A DNA stretch of 64,000 nt, from NCBI GenBank assembly GCA_963833985.1, contig CAWIAD010000002.1:4416001-4480000 (forward strand), written 5' to 3'. Every line of letters begins with the position of its first letter. Within the stretch, counting starts at the first letter, position 1. Under the pieces are notes generated by a model, which saw nothing but the letters and a program-made list of their open reading frames with translations, had not been told where the DNA came from and did no database searches. The stretch comes from an uncultured Planctomycetaceae bacterium. GTDB taxonomy: Bacteria; Planctomycetota; Planctomycetia; Isosphaerales; Isosphaeraceae. A program made the position numbers and the translations under genes. Below are positions 10,435 to 21,121 of this stretch, in pieces.

Positions 10435-11658
10435 GGCCAGGCCGGGCTCGACTCGAGGTCCGACATGCGTATGCCAGGGCGGCTCCCGGCTCTCCGTGCC
10501 GGGGACGGAGCTCATGCCTGCCGGGGCAGGCACCGCGACATGGGGCCCGTTGAATCGCGAGAAACCGTTTCGCTCCGCGGTTGTGGCGTGTGCCGGGGCG
10601 ACCGGGCTGCTCTCCAGCGCCGTACCCGGCTGGTCGCTCGCGAGCAGTTCATCACCGTCCAGACTCTTCAAAAAAGCCGCGATGACCTGCGGATCGAAGA
10701 TGACCCCGGAGTTCTCGGCGAGATAGGCGCGGACCTTTTCCACCTCCCAGCGCTTGCGGTAAGGGCGGTCGCTCACGAGGGCGTCCCAGATGTCAACGGC
10801 GGTGAAGATGCGCGCGGCTTCCGGGATTTCCTCGCGCTTCAGTCCGCGCGGGTAGCCCTTGCCGTCCCAGCGCTCGTGATGGCAATAGGGAATTTCCAGG
10901 GCGGGCCGGAGGTAGGTGATCGGTTCGAGCATGGATCGGGCGTAGTCCGGGTGGCGGCGCATGATTTCCCATTCGGAATCGGAAAGCGGCCCGGGCTTGC
11001 GGAGGATGGCGTCGGGAATCGCAATCTTGCCGATATCGTGCAGGAGGGCACCGCGGTGGATTTGCACCAGTCTGTCCGGATCAACCCCCATGGCCCGGGC
11101 CAGGCGAACGGTCATCTCCGCGACTCGCAGCGAATGCCCTTCGAGCTCGTGCTCGCGGAGATCGAGGGCGCGAACCCAGCCATGCAGCGTGGCGTCGTAG
11201 GCCTCCTGTAACTCGGCCAGTGCGCGCTGGAGCTTGCGGAAGCGGTTGAGGCGGATGATGGTTCGGATACGGGTTCGCAGCTCGACGCGGTCGAAGGGCT
11301 TGACGATGTAGCCATCGGCGCCGGCTTCGAGCCCTGAGAGACGCGAGGCCCGATCGTCGAGCGCGGTGACCAGGATGACCGGGATCTCGGCAAGGCGAGT
11401 GTTGCCGCGTATCAGCCGCAGGCACTCCAGCCCGTTCATCCCGGGCATCATCACGTCGAGCACGATCAGGTCAGGCTCGAGCCGCAGAGCCAGCGAGAGT
11501 GCCTCAGGTCCGTTGCAGGCGAATGCCAGTCCATATCCCTGCCCCAGCAACAACGATTCCAGTGCGCGACGTCCCGACGGTTCGTCATCCACGATCAAGA
11601 TCAGGCTGATCGAACACGTCTCTTGCATCGTCCTGGTTTCCCCACTGCCTGGGTTCAA
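10420..11658 (-). CDS. Response regulator with HD-GYP c-di-GMP phosphodiesterase domain (RpfG-like)
   Basis: Receiver (DVMMPGMNG) plus LLHDIGK and HHERWDGKGYPRGL. Confidence 0.92.
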   Translation of the reverse strand: MNPGSGETRTMQETCSISLILIVDDEPSGRRALESLLLGQGYGLAFACNGPEALSLALRLEPDLIVLDVMMPGMNGLECLRLIRGNTRLAEIPVILVTALDDRASRLSGLEAGADGYIVKPFDRVELRTRIRTIIRLNRFRKLQRALAELQEAYDATLHGWVRALDLREHELEGHSLRVAEMTVRLARAMGVDPDRLVQIHRGALLHDIGKIAIPDAILRKPGPLSDSEWEIMRRHPDYARSMLEPITYLRPALEIPYCHHERWDGKGYPRGLKREEIPEAARIFTAVDIWDALVSDRPYRKRWEVEKVRAYLAENSGVIFDPQVIAAFLKSLDGDELLASDQPGTALESSPVAPAHATTAERNGFSRFNGPHVAVPAPAGMSSVPGTESREPPWHTHVGPRVEPGLASLTG

Positions 11659-14600
11659 GAAAGCCTCGAACCATTTCGAACACGTCGCGCAGCACGATGG
11701 GCTTGCTGAGGTACGCGTCGGCCCCGGCCCGCAGGCAGCGATCCTGATCGCCCGGCATCGCCAGGGCCGTCAGCGCGATGATCGGAATGGCCCTCGTTCC
11801 CGGGTTGGACTTGAGTATGCGAATGGCCTCAAACCCGTCCGTCCCGGGCATCTGGATGTCCATCAGGATCACCTGCGGCCGCAGCTCGATCGCCCTGGAG
11901 ACCGCCTCTTCGCCGTCACACGCCAGCGCCGTGCGCATGCCCTTGTTCTTAAGGAAGTCTACGACACTTCGTGCATTCACTTCGTTGTCCTCGGCCAGGA
12001 GCACGAGCGGGCCCGGCCCATCCTGCGATGTCTCTGGCACCAGCATGATCGCCAACCGCTCCGCCGAAGTTGTTGCAAGAACAGGAGCAAGGGCCGAGAG
12101 CAGCGATTCCCGGGTCAACGGAGGGCCGAGCCGGATGACGTTTTCCCGCGTCGGCGGCTCCAGAGGGAGGGCGTCCTCGGACAGCAACACGATGGTGACC
12201 GCTCGCATCCGGGGGTCGGGATCGCCGGCCAGCGCGGTGCAGATCTGGCCGAGAACCGGGTCGCCCGCGGCTGCCCGGACCAGGAGCAAGAGCGGATGCA
12301 GCGATCGGATCCTCGGCCAGACATCGGAGGTGAATGGGTAAACCGTGAACTGGAAACCGCATTCCGCCAGGGTCGCGCTGAGCCACTGGTGAGAGCTGAG
12401 AGCCGCGGGATCGGCCGGCGATCGGTCGCACACGGGATCGAGGAGCGGATCGTGCAGCGTTCGGGGTGTTGCGTCGTCCGGTTTTTTCCAGGGCAGCTCG
12501 ATGGTGAAGCGGCTGCCCCGGCCGGTCTCGCTGCGCACGACGACTGTTCCGCCCAGCAGTCCAGTCATCTTGCGCACCAGCGAGAGCCCCAGGCCGGTTC
12601 CCGAGTAATGCCGCGCCAGGCCGCTGTCCACCTGTGTGAACGGCTCGAATATGCGGGCCAGGTCCGTTGCCTGGATACCGATTCCCGTATCCCAGACGGT
12701 CCAGGCGATGGTGCCGCGTGCCGGGTCACCGCCGGCCTCGAGCCCGATCGCGCCGCCCGCGCCAGTGAATTTCACGGCATTGCTCAGCAGGTTGACGAGA
12801 ATCTGCTTGAGCCGCTTCTCGTCGGTCTCGATGACGTCGAGTGCCGGGTCGACCTCGAGATGCACATCGAGCCTGGCCTTGTGGGCCGATTCCTTGATCA
12901 GGCGGATCGACGACGCGCAAACGGCGGCGACATTCACGGGACAGGGCTCGTAGACGAGCTTGCCCGCATCGATCTTGGCGACGTCGAGAATGTCATTGAA
13001 CAGGGTCATGAGGTGACGGCCGCTGACTGCGATGTCCTCCAGGGCGGAAGCCTGCCGGGAATTGACCGGGCCGTAGACCTCCTCGAGCATGGCCTCGGCC
13101 ATGCTGAGCACGCCGTAGAGCGGAGTCCGCAGCTCGTGGCTCATGTTCGCCATGAACTCGTCCTTGAGCCGGGCGGCGCGCGCCAGGTCGGCGTTGACGG
13201 CAATGAGCTCCTCGGTCCGTCCCCGCACGGCCACTTCCGCCTGGGTCCGCATGGCGATCTCCTCCCTGAGCGCTGCGTTCAGCTCGGCCATGGCCTCCTC
13301 GGCCTGCTTCTGGGCCGTGATATCGGTCAGGGTGGCTCCCACCGAGATCACGCTGCCGCTGGCGTCGAGGACCGGGAAGAAGCTTTCGATGAACGTGCGC
13401 GGCGCCGGCTCCGGCAGGTGCACCGATCTGGATCTCGGTAATGGCAGAGGGCCTGCCGGTCTCGAAGACATCGCGCACGACGGCCTCGACACGCTCGGCT
13501 TGTTGGGGGAGGAGCTCACGCAGCCCGCGGCCGATGTGGTCCTCCGCCGAGATGCCGTTGAACTCGGCCAGGCAGTAATTGACCCGGGTGAACCGCACCT
13601 GCCGATCGAAGAACGCCAGGCCGACGGTCGCGTTGACGAGCATCGACTCCAGCTCTGCGGTTCGCTCGGCGACCCGGTCCTCGAGTTCGCGCATTGAGCG
13701 CGCGGACTTCCTCCTCGGTCCGCTTCCGTGCAGTGATATCGAACAGCACGCCGTCGAAGACCACCTCCTGGTCCTCGACATGCGGGCTGGCCATGCCCTC
13801 AATCCATGCGCTTCCCCCATCGGCCCGCAACGTGCGGGCCTCGAATCGCCAGCCGGTTCTGGTGGTGATGGCCTTCATCACGGAAGCCAGGAAGGCCTCG
13901 CGATCCAGTGGATGAATTCCCGAGCCCAGGCGCCAGTCTGGCGAACCTATGGGCACAGCGAGATTGAGGATGTCCTGGGCTTTCGGGTTCAGGTAGCTGA
14001 AGTAATACGATCCGTCAGGACGACAACGGAACTGGAAGACGACTCCGGGGATGCTGCTGGCGATGTCGCGGAACCGTTGCTCGCTCGCCTGGAGATCCTG
14101 CTGGGCCTGGCGGCGCTCGCTCACGTCGGAGACCATCTTGAGCACGCCGATGGTGTGCCCTTCCTCATCGGCGAAGGCGCTCGCCGAGACGATCACCCAG
14201 ATCGGCCTGCCATCCTTGCGGCGAAACTCGAAATCATAGGTCTCGCCAACTCCCAGGCGGCGGCGATCCAGCCTCTCGCGGAAAACGCTGCGCAGCTCAG
14301 GGGCCAGGAAGTCGTCCACCTGGGCATGCTCGAGTTCCTGCACGCCGCAGCCGAGGATCTCGGCCATGCGCGCGTTCACGAACACGGTCTTGCCGTCCAC
14401 ATCGAGCACCCAGACGCCTTCCCGCGCCGTCTCGACAATGCGCCGGTAGCGGCGCTCGCTGTCATGGAGCGCCTGCTGCACTCTCCTGGCCTCGCTCACG
14501 TCGCGGACGATGCCGACGATCAGGGGCGTGCCGTGCAGCTCCACCTTGCTGGCGCCCAGCTCGATGGGCAAGGTGGACCCATCCTTGCGCACCGCCAGGA

Positions 14601-15549
14601 TCTCGTAATCAGTGCCCAGCCAGCGCGCCTGGCCGCTGGTGAGGAACCGCTCCACATAGCGGCTGTGCTCTGTCTCGTGGGGCGGGAGCATGAGGACTGC
14701 GATGCCCTGGCCCACGATCTCCTCGGCGTGGAACCCGAACATCCGCTCGGCGGCCGGGTTGAACGAGTGGACGGTCCCCTGCCGGTCGATCGTGATGATC
14801 GCGTCCACCGCGGTCTTGACAATCGCCGCCATCAGGGCCTGGCTCTCGGCCAGCGATTCCTCGATCCGCTTTTGCTCGGAGATGTCCTGAAGGATGCCCC
14901 GTACCAGCTCCACTCGGCCGTCCCTGAACACGGGAATGCCCTTGATGCGCACCGATTTGCGAGTTCCCAGGGCGGAGACCATTGCCAGCTCCAGGTCAAA
15001 TGGCAGGCCCAGCGCCACCGCATCGTTCAGGGCACTCGTCATCCTGGAACGGGAATCCTCCGTGAGAAAGCTCAGGGCCAGGAACCTCGCCGGCTGCATG
15101 GAAGGATCAAGGTCATGGATTCTGGCCGCCTGCTCGGTCCACCGTCCCTCCCCGGTCGCCGGGTCAAACTCCCAGCCACCCAGGCCGGCGAGCTCGCCTG
15201 TCATGCGCAGCAGCTCATCCCTGGCCAGCTCGGCCGATTCCAATGGCCTTTCCCCGCAGGTGCTCGCTGCCGGCGCGGCCGGCGCACCGCTGGCCAGGCG
15301 GGCCAGGACCGCTCGCAGCTCGAGACATCGTTTCAGCAACTGCTCGGCATGGGTCTGGGCAAGTGGGCCACGGTCGACGCAATCCGCCTGACCGCCGCCC
15401 CCCGAGGCGCTGCCATGGCTGTCTGGCCCTGCCACCAGCCGCAAGGCTGCGTCCACCTCGGCGAGGTGCCCATTCAGCTCCGCGCACAGCGTCTTGAGGG
15501 CTTCAAGGAGGGATTCTTCCGAAGCGAAGAGGCTCTTGAAACGGTTCAT
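11585..15549 (-). CDS. Multi-PAS hybrid histidine kinase, two apparent frameshifts (~13690 and ~13390-13430)
   Basis: ORFs 13516-15549, 12993-13820 and 11585-13519 join into PAS array, ELEDRVAERTAEL coil, PAS, MSHELRTPL, HATPase and receiver. Confidence 0.82.
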
Positions 15550-15696
15550 GGTGCACCTCAGCGTGCTTTTCCGACTTGCAGATTCTCGGGCCGCGTCGCG
15601 CTCCGGTCTCTCCGGCCAGAACGTTCCGCGACGCGGCTCGGCGCCCGGCCCGCCACGACCGCGGTCCGGGTCTGATTGCCAGCACCGGGATCGAGC

Positions 15697-17391
15697 TCAG
15701 GGAAGACGGTCCTCACGCCAGGAGTGTTGAATCGGAAGCGACGCCTTGATGACCGTGCCCGCGCCGGGCGCCGAGATGACGGCCAGCTCACCGCCCACCA
15801 GCGAGACGCGCTCTCTCATGCCCACGAGGCCCAGGCTTTCCCCGCAGGCGGACCGATCCAGAGCCACGTCCGGGTCGAACCCGTTCCCGTCGTCCGAGAC
15901 CGCGAGCTCCAGCCTCCCTTCGTCCATTCGCAAGCGTACCAGAACATGAGACGCCTGTGAATGCCGCAGGGCATTGGTGATGGCTTCCTGAACCACCCGG
16001 AAGCAGACGGTCTCGAGCGCCAGCCCCAGCCGGCCAATCCCCTCGTCGGCCTGGAACCGCATCTCCACCGCGGCACCACTGGCCGTCGCACTGATGTGAC
16101 GTCGCAGCGCGGTGACCAGGCCGAAATCGTCGAGCAGAGAGGGATGGAGGTCGAGCGAAAGCCGCCGGACCCTCTGGATCAAACAGGCCACCAGGTCCAG
16201 GCAGCCGTCAATCGGCTGGCAAGCAGACGGGCTGGCCACCGTCCGCTTGATGGAGGCCAGGCTGATGTTGAGCACGGTCAGGCTCTGACCGATCTCGTCG
16301 TGCAGCTCGCGCACGATGTGCCGCGATTCCTCCTCCCGCACCAGGATCAACTTGCGTGAGAGCGACTCGAGCTGGCTGCGGCTCCGCGTCTCTTTCTCGA
16401 GCAAGGCCGCGTGCTCCAGGGCCACAGCGATGATGTCGCCAAGCTCCTGGGCAATCTCGATCTGCAACGCACCGAAGAAGGTCTGGTCGGGGCCGCCCAG
16501 AAGCAGAGCTCCCAGAAGCCGATCGCCGTGGCCCAGGGGAACGATCATCAGCACCAGGATTCCTACCTCGCGGAGCCGCAACGCCAGCGCAGGCGGGCAT
16601 TGCTCGTTGTCCACTGGCAGGATGACCGGGCGGAAACCATCGTGGCCGCTCGGCAACAGCACGCCCAGCTCGGCAACGGAAAGCGGCGCTTCCAGCTTGC
16701 CCAGGTTTGCCGGGCCGTGCTCCGCCAGCAGTGCGAGCATGGAAGATCGCTGATCCACACGGTAAATGGCCGCGTGCCGGTGCGGGATCAGGTCGCGCAC
16801 CAGCGGCGCGACCTGGGTGGCGATCTCCACGGCCGACCCGCCCAGCAAGATCGCCCGGTCGATCTGGCGTAGCACGTCCAGGCGGCGTGAGTACTCGCGC
16901 AGCTCCGACATCGCCTGCCGGGAATAATCGATCTCGGCTTGCAGGCGGCGGAAACGATTGAGCCGGGTGATTGTGAGCACGCGGACACGCAGCTCGGCGC
17001 GATCGAAGGGCTTTGTGATGTAGTCGTCGGCGCCGGCCTCCAGGCCCGCCAGCCTCGAGGAGCGGTCGTCCAGGGCCGTCACCAGCAAGATCGGAACCTC
17101 GGCCATGCCCGGGTGCGAACGGATCTGCCGGCAGACCTCGAGCCCGTCCATCCCCGGCATCATGACATCGAGCAGGATCACGTCGGGACGGCCGGTCTCC
17201 ACGAACTTCATGGCGTCGCGACCGCAGGAAGCAAGCTCGAGCTCGTAACCCTGTCCCTCGAAGACCGAAGCCAGCGATTTTCGACTCAGGGGATCATCAT
17301 CGACGATTAGCAGAACCGGTCGGACGGTTGAAGGAAAATCCTGGCCGTGCCGCGTCTTCCACTTGAGGATATCTTGCCGACCTCTGTTCAC
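15697..17391 (-). CDS. Receiver-GAF-HisKA_3 (NarX/UhpB-type) histidine kinase
   Basis: N-terminal receiver; RELHDEIGQSLT; QEAITNALRHS; SDDGNGFD; SLGLVGMRERV. Confidence 0.9.
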   Translation of the reverse strand: MNRGRQDILKWKTRHGQDFPSTVRPVLLIVDDDPLSRKSLASVFEGQGYELELASCGRDAMKFVETGRPDVILLDVMMPGMDGLEVCRQIRSHPGMAEVPILLVTALDDRSSRLAGLEAGADDYITKPFDRAELRVRVLTITRLNRFRRLQAEIDYSRQAMSELREYSRRLDVLRQIDRAILLGGSAVEIATQVAPLVRDLIPHRHAAIYRVDQRSSMLALLAEHGPANLGKLEAPLSVAELGVLLPSGHDGFRPVILPVDNEQCPPALALRLREVGILVLMIVPLGHGDRLLGALLLGGPDQTFFGALQIEIAQELGDIIAVALEHAALLEKETRSRSQLESLSRKLILVREEESRHIVRELHDEIGQSLTVLNISLASIKRTVASPSACQPIDGCLDLVACLIQRVRRLSLDLHPSLLDDFGLVTALRRHISATASGAAVEMRFQADEGIGRLGLALETVCFRVVQEAITNALRHSQASHVLVRLRMDEGRLELAVSDDGNGFDPDVALDRSACGESLGLVGMRERVSLVGGELAVISAPGAGTVIKASLPIQHSWREDRLP

Positions 17392-17576
17392 CGGGGCCTG
17401 GCTTTCCTGAGCATAGATGTGGGATACTGATGCGAGGCTTTAGCGATTTTAAGCCGACGCCTTCGTTTCTACAAGTGTGTAAGCGCCAGCCAGGGCCATT
17501 CGGGCCGATCGTGCGTGCGAAGATCCGTTGAACCTTCAGTCTTGAGGGACCGTCGCTTGTTAGGAGGTTTGGGGTA

Positions 17577-18230
17577 ATGTGTGCCGTGAGAATCGTGATC
17601 GCCGACGATCACACGATTGTCCGGGGTGGGATTCGTCTCCTGCTCGAGTCGCAGGAGGGCGTGGAGGTCATTGGCGAGGCTGCCAACGGCCATGAGGCGC
17701 TGGAGCTGACGCGGGCCTTTCACCCGGATGTGCTGGTGGCCGACATCGCCATGCCGGGGCTGAATGGACTGGATCTCGTGAAATGTATGAAACAGGACCT
17801 GTCGCAAACCCGTGCGGTGATCCTGTCCATGCATAACGACCAGGAATACGTCCGCCGCGCCATGGAGGCGGGAGCCAGGGGATACGTGCTCAAGGGGTCG
17901 AATATTGAGGAGCTGAGCATGGCCGTCCAGGCCGTGATGCGAGGAGAGGTGTTCCTCAGCCCCGCGATCACCCAGCCTCTCGTCGATTCGTTACTCGACC
18001 GGTCCGGCAACCGCACCGCGCCGGGAGGCGAGCTCACCCCACGTCAGCGCGAAGTGCTCTGCCTCATTGCCGAGGGGGAAACCACCAAGGCGGTGGCCAA
18101 CCGCCTGGGAATCAGCGCGAAAACCGTGGAAGCGCACCGCTCACAGCTCATGGAACGCCTCCAGATCTACGAAGTCGCGGGCCTGGTCCGCTACGCCATC
18201 CGCACCGGGCTGGTCTCCTCGGATGCCTGA
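17577..18230 (+). CDS. NarL/FixJ-family response regulator
   Basis: Receiver plus LuxR HTH LTPRQREVLCLIAEG...ISAKTVEAHRSQLM. Confidence 0.93.
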   Translation: MCAVRIVIADDHTIVRGGIRLLLESQEGVEVIGEAANGHEALELTRAFHPDVLVADIAMPGLNGLDLVKCMKQDLSQTRAVILSMHNDQEYVRRAMEAGARGYVLKGSNIEELSMAVQAVMRGEVFLSPAITQPLVDSLLDRSGNRTAPGGELTPRQREVLCLIAEGETTKAVANRLGISAKTVEAHRSQLMERLQIYEVAGLVRYAIRTGLVSSDA

Positions 18231-18325
18231 CGCCCGCACCGTCCTCTCTTCGTCGCGATGTCGAAGATAATTGAGAAATTCATTATACGGCTTACCTTGA
18301 GCGGCGAGAGAGTCCCTTCGCCATA

Positions 18326-18340
18326 TCGGGAAACTCCTGA
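18326..18340. promoter_or_regulatory. Candidate operator TCGGGAAACTCCTGA (copy 1 of shared motif)
   Basis: Imperfect palindrome in AT-rich intergenic DNA; core GGRAAYTCCTGA recurs at 19721 and 24473. Confidence 0.5.
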
Positions 18341-18556
18341 TTGAGGATATTGAACCGCGATGTCATAGTTAAATTGAGCTTGATCGCAAGCCCGAGTAAC
18401 GTGCTTTGATAGACGAATCGTTCTCACTGACGTGGATCGGTCTCTCGTCGAGACCAGCTCGGGCGTCGTGCTTCAAGCCCTAACCAACCCGATCCCCGGC
18501 GACGCGTGCCGGTGCTAATACGACAGGGGCCGGGCAGGCAAAGAAAGGGGATCTCC

Positions 18557-18844
18557 ATGAAATATGCGAAGCCCTTGAACGGCTACGCGGATCGCCTGCA
18601 ACTCCGGTCTCAAAGCCACGCTGGCGAGAATGGCAAGCAGCCCGAGCCCCTTGACTATCGCTGCCCGAGGTGCGATTCGCCACTGGAGTTGATCCAGCCC
18701 GACCTCGCGCGCGGCGAAGCTCTGCTCGGCGTCTGTGGAACGTGTCCGGCCTGGTTTCTGATCGACGGCGGCAAGCGCACGATTTTCGACCTGGGCGTCA
18801 TCGACCGGCTCAGCAAACATTCGATCCACGCAGCGACCGACTGA
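18557..18844 (+). CDS. Small hypothetical protein with CxxC...CxxC zinc ribbon
   Basis: CPRC and CGTC; purine-rich RBS-like AAGGGG upstream. Confidence 0.65.
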   Translation: MKYAKPLNGYADRLQLRSQSHAGENGKQPEPLDYRCPRCDSPLELIQPDLARGEALLGVCGTCPAWFLIDGGKRTIFDLGVIDRLSKHSIHAATD

Positions 18845-18901
18845 GCGAGTGAACGCTGCGGATTCGAGACCAGGTGCCAGACCCCGAGGCCACGCCGAGA
18901 A

Positions 18902-19609
18902 TCAACGACCGCCTTGCTGGGACGGCGAGTTGACGACGGCCTGGTAAAGCCCGAGCGGGCAGAGGTGAACGAAGGCCAGGCGGGCGATGAGATGGCCCGC
19001 CGGATCGCGACGAGAACCAAGGAGCTTGCACTCGGCCGGATCGGCCTGCTGGTCCCCGGGCCCGAGCGAGAGCCAGATAGACTGGCCCCAGGGCGGCATG
19101 ACCTCGACGCTGACGGCCACTCCTCCACCGCTGATGTTCTGAACCGTGCAGGGCACGGTCTTGCACTCTTCGCCCACGTGCCACGAGAGCGAGGCCCGGC
19201 GCTCGCGGGGGACGACCCTCTGCCAGGCGCGACGCTCTTTCTGGTGATGGATCAGATTCCAGCAGGGCTGCTCCGACTGGAACGCGAACTTGGCCAGGAT
19301 CCTCCCGGAATCGGTGGTCTCTGATGTCACGAGATCGGCCGCAATGGGGCCCGTCGAGGAGGTCAAGTTCTCGAACTGAACCATGCAGGGCTGACCGGGC
19401 ACCGGCTGTGCATCCATGAGGACCGCAACCCCGTTACCGCTCACGTTGACCAGGCTCACCATGTGGCTCACGGTCTCTTGCCCGATCGACCAGCTTAGCC
19501 TGGTCACCAGGTTCGGAAACACGAACCGGACCCACTCACGGCGTTCACGCGAGGCTTCCTGGTTCGATGCCTCGGTCTCGACCGGAGATGATTGGGGCTG
19601 ATGAATCAT
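18902..19609 (-). CDS. Tandem PilZ-domain protein (putative c-di-GMP receptor)
   Basis: Two RxxxR (RREWVR, RRAWQR) each followed by NxSxxG (NVSGNG, NISGGG). Confidence 0.8.
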   Translation of the reverse strand: MIHQPQSSPVETEASNQEASRERREWVRFVFPNLVTRLSWSIGQETVSHMVSLVNVSGNGVAVLMDAQPVPGQPCMVQFENLTSSTGPIAADLVTSETTDSGRILAKFAFQSEQPCWNLIHHQKERRAWQRVVPRERRASLSWHVGEECKTVPCTVQNISGGGVAVSVEVMPPWGQSIWLSLGPGDQQADPAECKLLGSRRDPAGHLIARLAFVHLCPLGLYQAVVNSPSQQGGR

Positions 19610-19720
19610 GGGCGGACCTGCGGAGCACGGATCGTCACGGACAGCGCTGCTGGAGCACGGTGGCGCGGTGTTTGAAACCCAGTCAACTCTAGTTCTCCTG
19701 GAGTCATCATCGCTGCGACA

Positions 19721-19735
19721 CCAGGAAATTCCTGA
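19721..19735. promoter_or_regulatory. Candidate operator CCAGGAAATTCCTGA (copy 2)
   Basis: Near-palindrome between the divergent PilZ gene and the gas-vesicle-associated operon. Confidence 0.5.
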
Positions 19736-19827
19736 CCCGGCGAGACCGTGCTCGAGTTCGCGCGGCAGTCCTATTCTGTCGTAAAGTGAGAGACGGACCA
19801 TCGAGATGGGCAAGGGGAGCACACGAC

Positions 19828-20430
19828 GTGTCGAGTGACAGGCCGCGCCGGCTGTTCTGGGTACCCATCATCCACACCTCAGCGGACCTGGGGAGCCTGC
19901 GCACCGCGGTTCGCCGGATCCACGAGGATCAGGCGGGCCAGCACGCCTGGCAGGATCGCGTGCGCCAGATCGGCCAGCTCTGGCGGTCGATTCGCAGCTC
20001 GCTGCTGCAACAGGATCTCGACTGGCCGCGCGTGCTGCTCTACCAGGATGGTCTGCCCGTGTGCGGCAAGGAGGACATGATCGTTCAGGATCTGTCTAGA
20101 AACGGCAGTGCCAACCATCGCCTGCTGGTGGAACTGATCGCGCGCGGAGCGCGCCTGGTGGGGACCGAATCTCCCGAGCTGCTGATCGAGGAGTACGAGC
20201 TGAACCGGCGGGTACTGCTCGACCCGTCGGCCAGGGCCGAGGGATTCGAGGCCCGCACCCAGGCGCTCTTCCGTGACTTGCTTGATCGCCGTGACGCATT
20301 CATCGCCAGCCGTATTGACGAGACCCTTCCCGCGGGCGGAGTGGGCTGTCTTTTCCTGGGGCTCATGCACCAGGTGGAGGGCCGACTTCCCACCGAGATT
20401 GAACTCTGCCGACTCGGCGGCCAGCGCTAG
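19828..20430 (+). CDS. Hypothetical protein heading the gas vesicle region
   Basis: GTG after GGGAG; globular sequence with PIIH, YQDGLP, GTESPELL, RDAFIA, LGLMH. Confidence 0.75.
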   Translation: MSSDRPRRLFWVPIIHTSADLGSLRTAVRRIHEDQAGQHAWQDRVRQIGQLWRSIRSSLLQQDLDWPRVLLYQDGLPVCGKEDMIVQDLSRNGSANHRLLVELIARGARLVGTESPELLIEEYELNRRVLLDPSARAEGFEARTQALFRDLLDRRDAFIASRIDETLPAGGVGCLFLGLMHQVEGRLPTEIELCRLGGQR

Positions 20431-20553
20431 GGCAGCCGGGGCCGGCACTCCCTTTGACACCCCGGCGTCGTATGGTTACGGAGTGAGTCGTTAACGCGGA
20501 TCCAACACCGCCAGCTCCACCGGACAGCTTTTCCCAGAGGAGGTTACGAGGCC

Positions 20554-21078
20554 ATGGCCAGGACCACGAAGAAGGGTCGATCCAACCCCGGCGACGTCGA
20601 TTTCGGGGGCGGCTTCCTGAACGGGCTCACCAACCTGATCGAGAAGCTTGGAGAGCTTGCCGAGAAGGGCGAGCAACTTCAGGGGCTGAAGGAATTTGGC
20701 ACCGACGAGGTGAAGGGAGTCTACGGCTTCACCATCCGCACCGGGCTGCGGGACGCCGAAGGACAAACCGGCATGAAGGTGGAACCGTTCGGCAACGTCC
20801 GGACCGACTCCACGACCGGCGAGGCCAGGGTCCACGAAGTGATCGAGCCGCCGGTGGACGTCTTCGAGGAGCCCGACTACGTCGGCGTGATCGCGGAGCT
20901 GCCCGGTGTCGGGCCCGACGACGTGTCCCTGGAGATCGCTGACGACATCCTCACGATCAAGGCCGAGCGGAACCGCAAGAAGTACCGGAAGGAAGTCCTC
21001 TTGCCCGCCTCCTTCCGTCCCGAACAGATGACTCACACCTGCCGCAATGGAATCCTCGATATCCGCCTCCACCGCTGA
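20554..21078 (+). CDS. Hsp20/alpha-crystallin protein (GvpH-like)
   Basis: [32 protein letters not shown]. Confidence 0.85.
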   Translation: MARTTKKGRSNPGDVDFGGGFLNGLTNLIEKLGELAEKGEQLQGLKEFGTDEVKGVYGFTIRTGLRDAEGQTGMKVEPFGNVRTDSTTGEARVHEVIEPPVDVFEEPDYVGVIAELPGVGPDDVSLEIADDILTIKAERNRKKYRKEVLLPASFRPEQMTHTCRNGILDIRLHR

Positions 21079-21121
21079 GTTCCGGATGCACCGCGCAGAG
21101 AAGGAACAAGGGATCGCTCCC

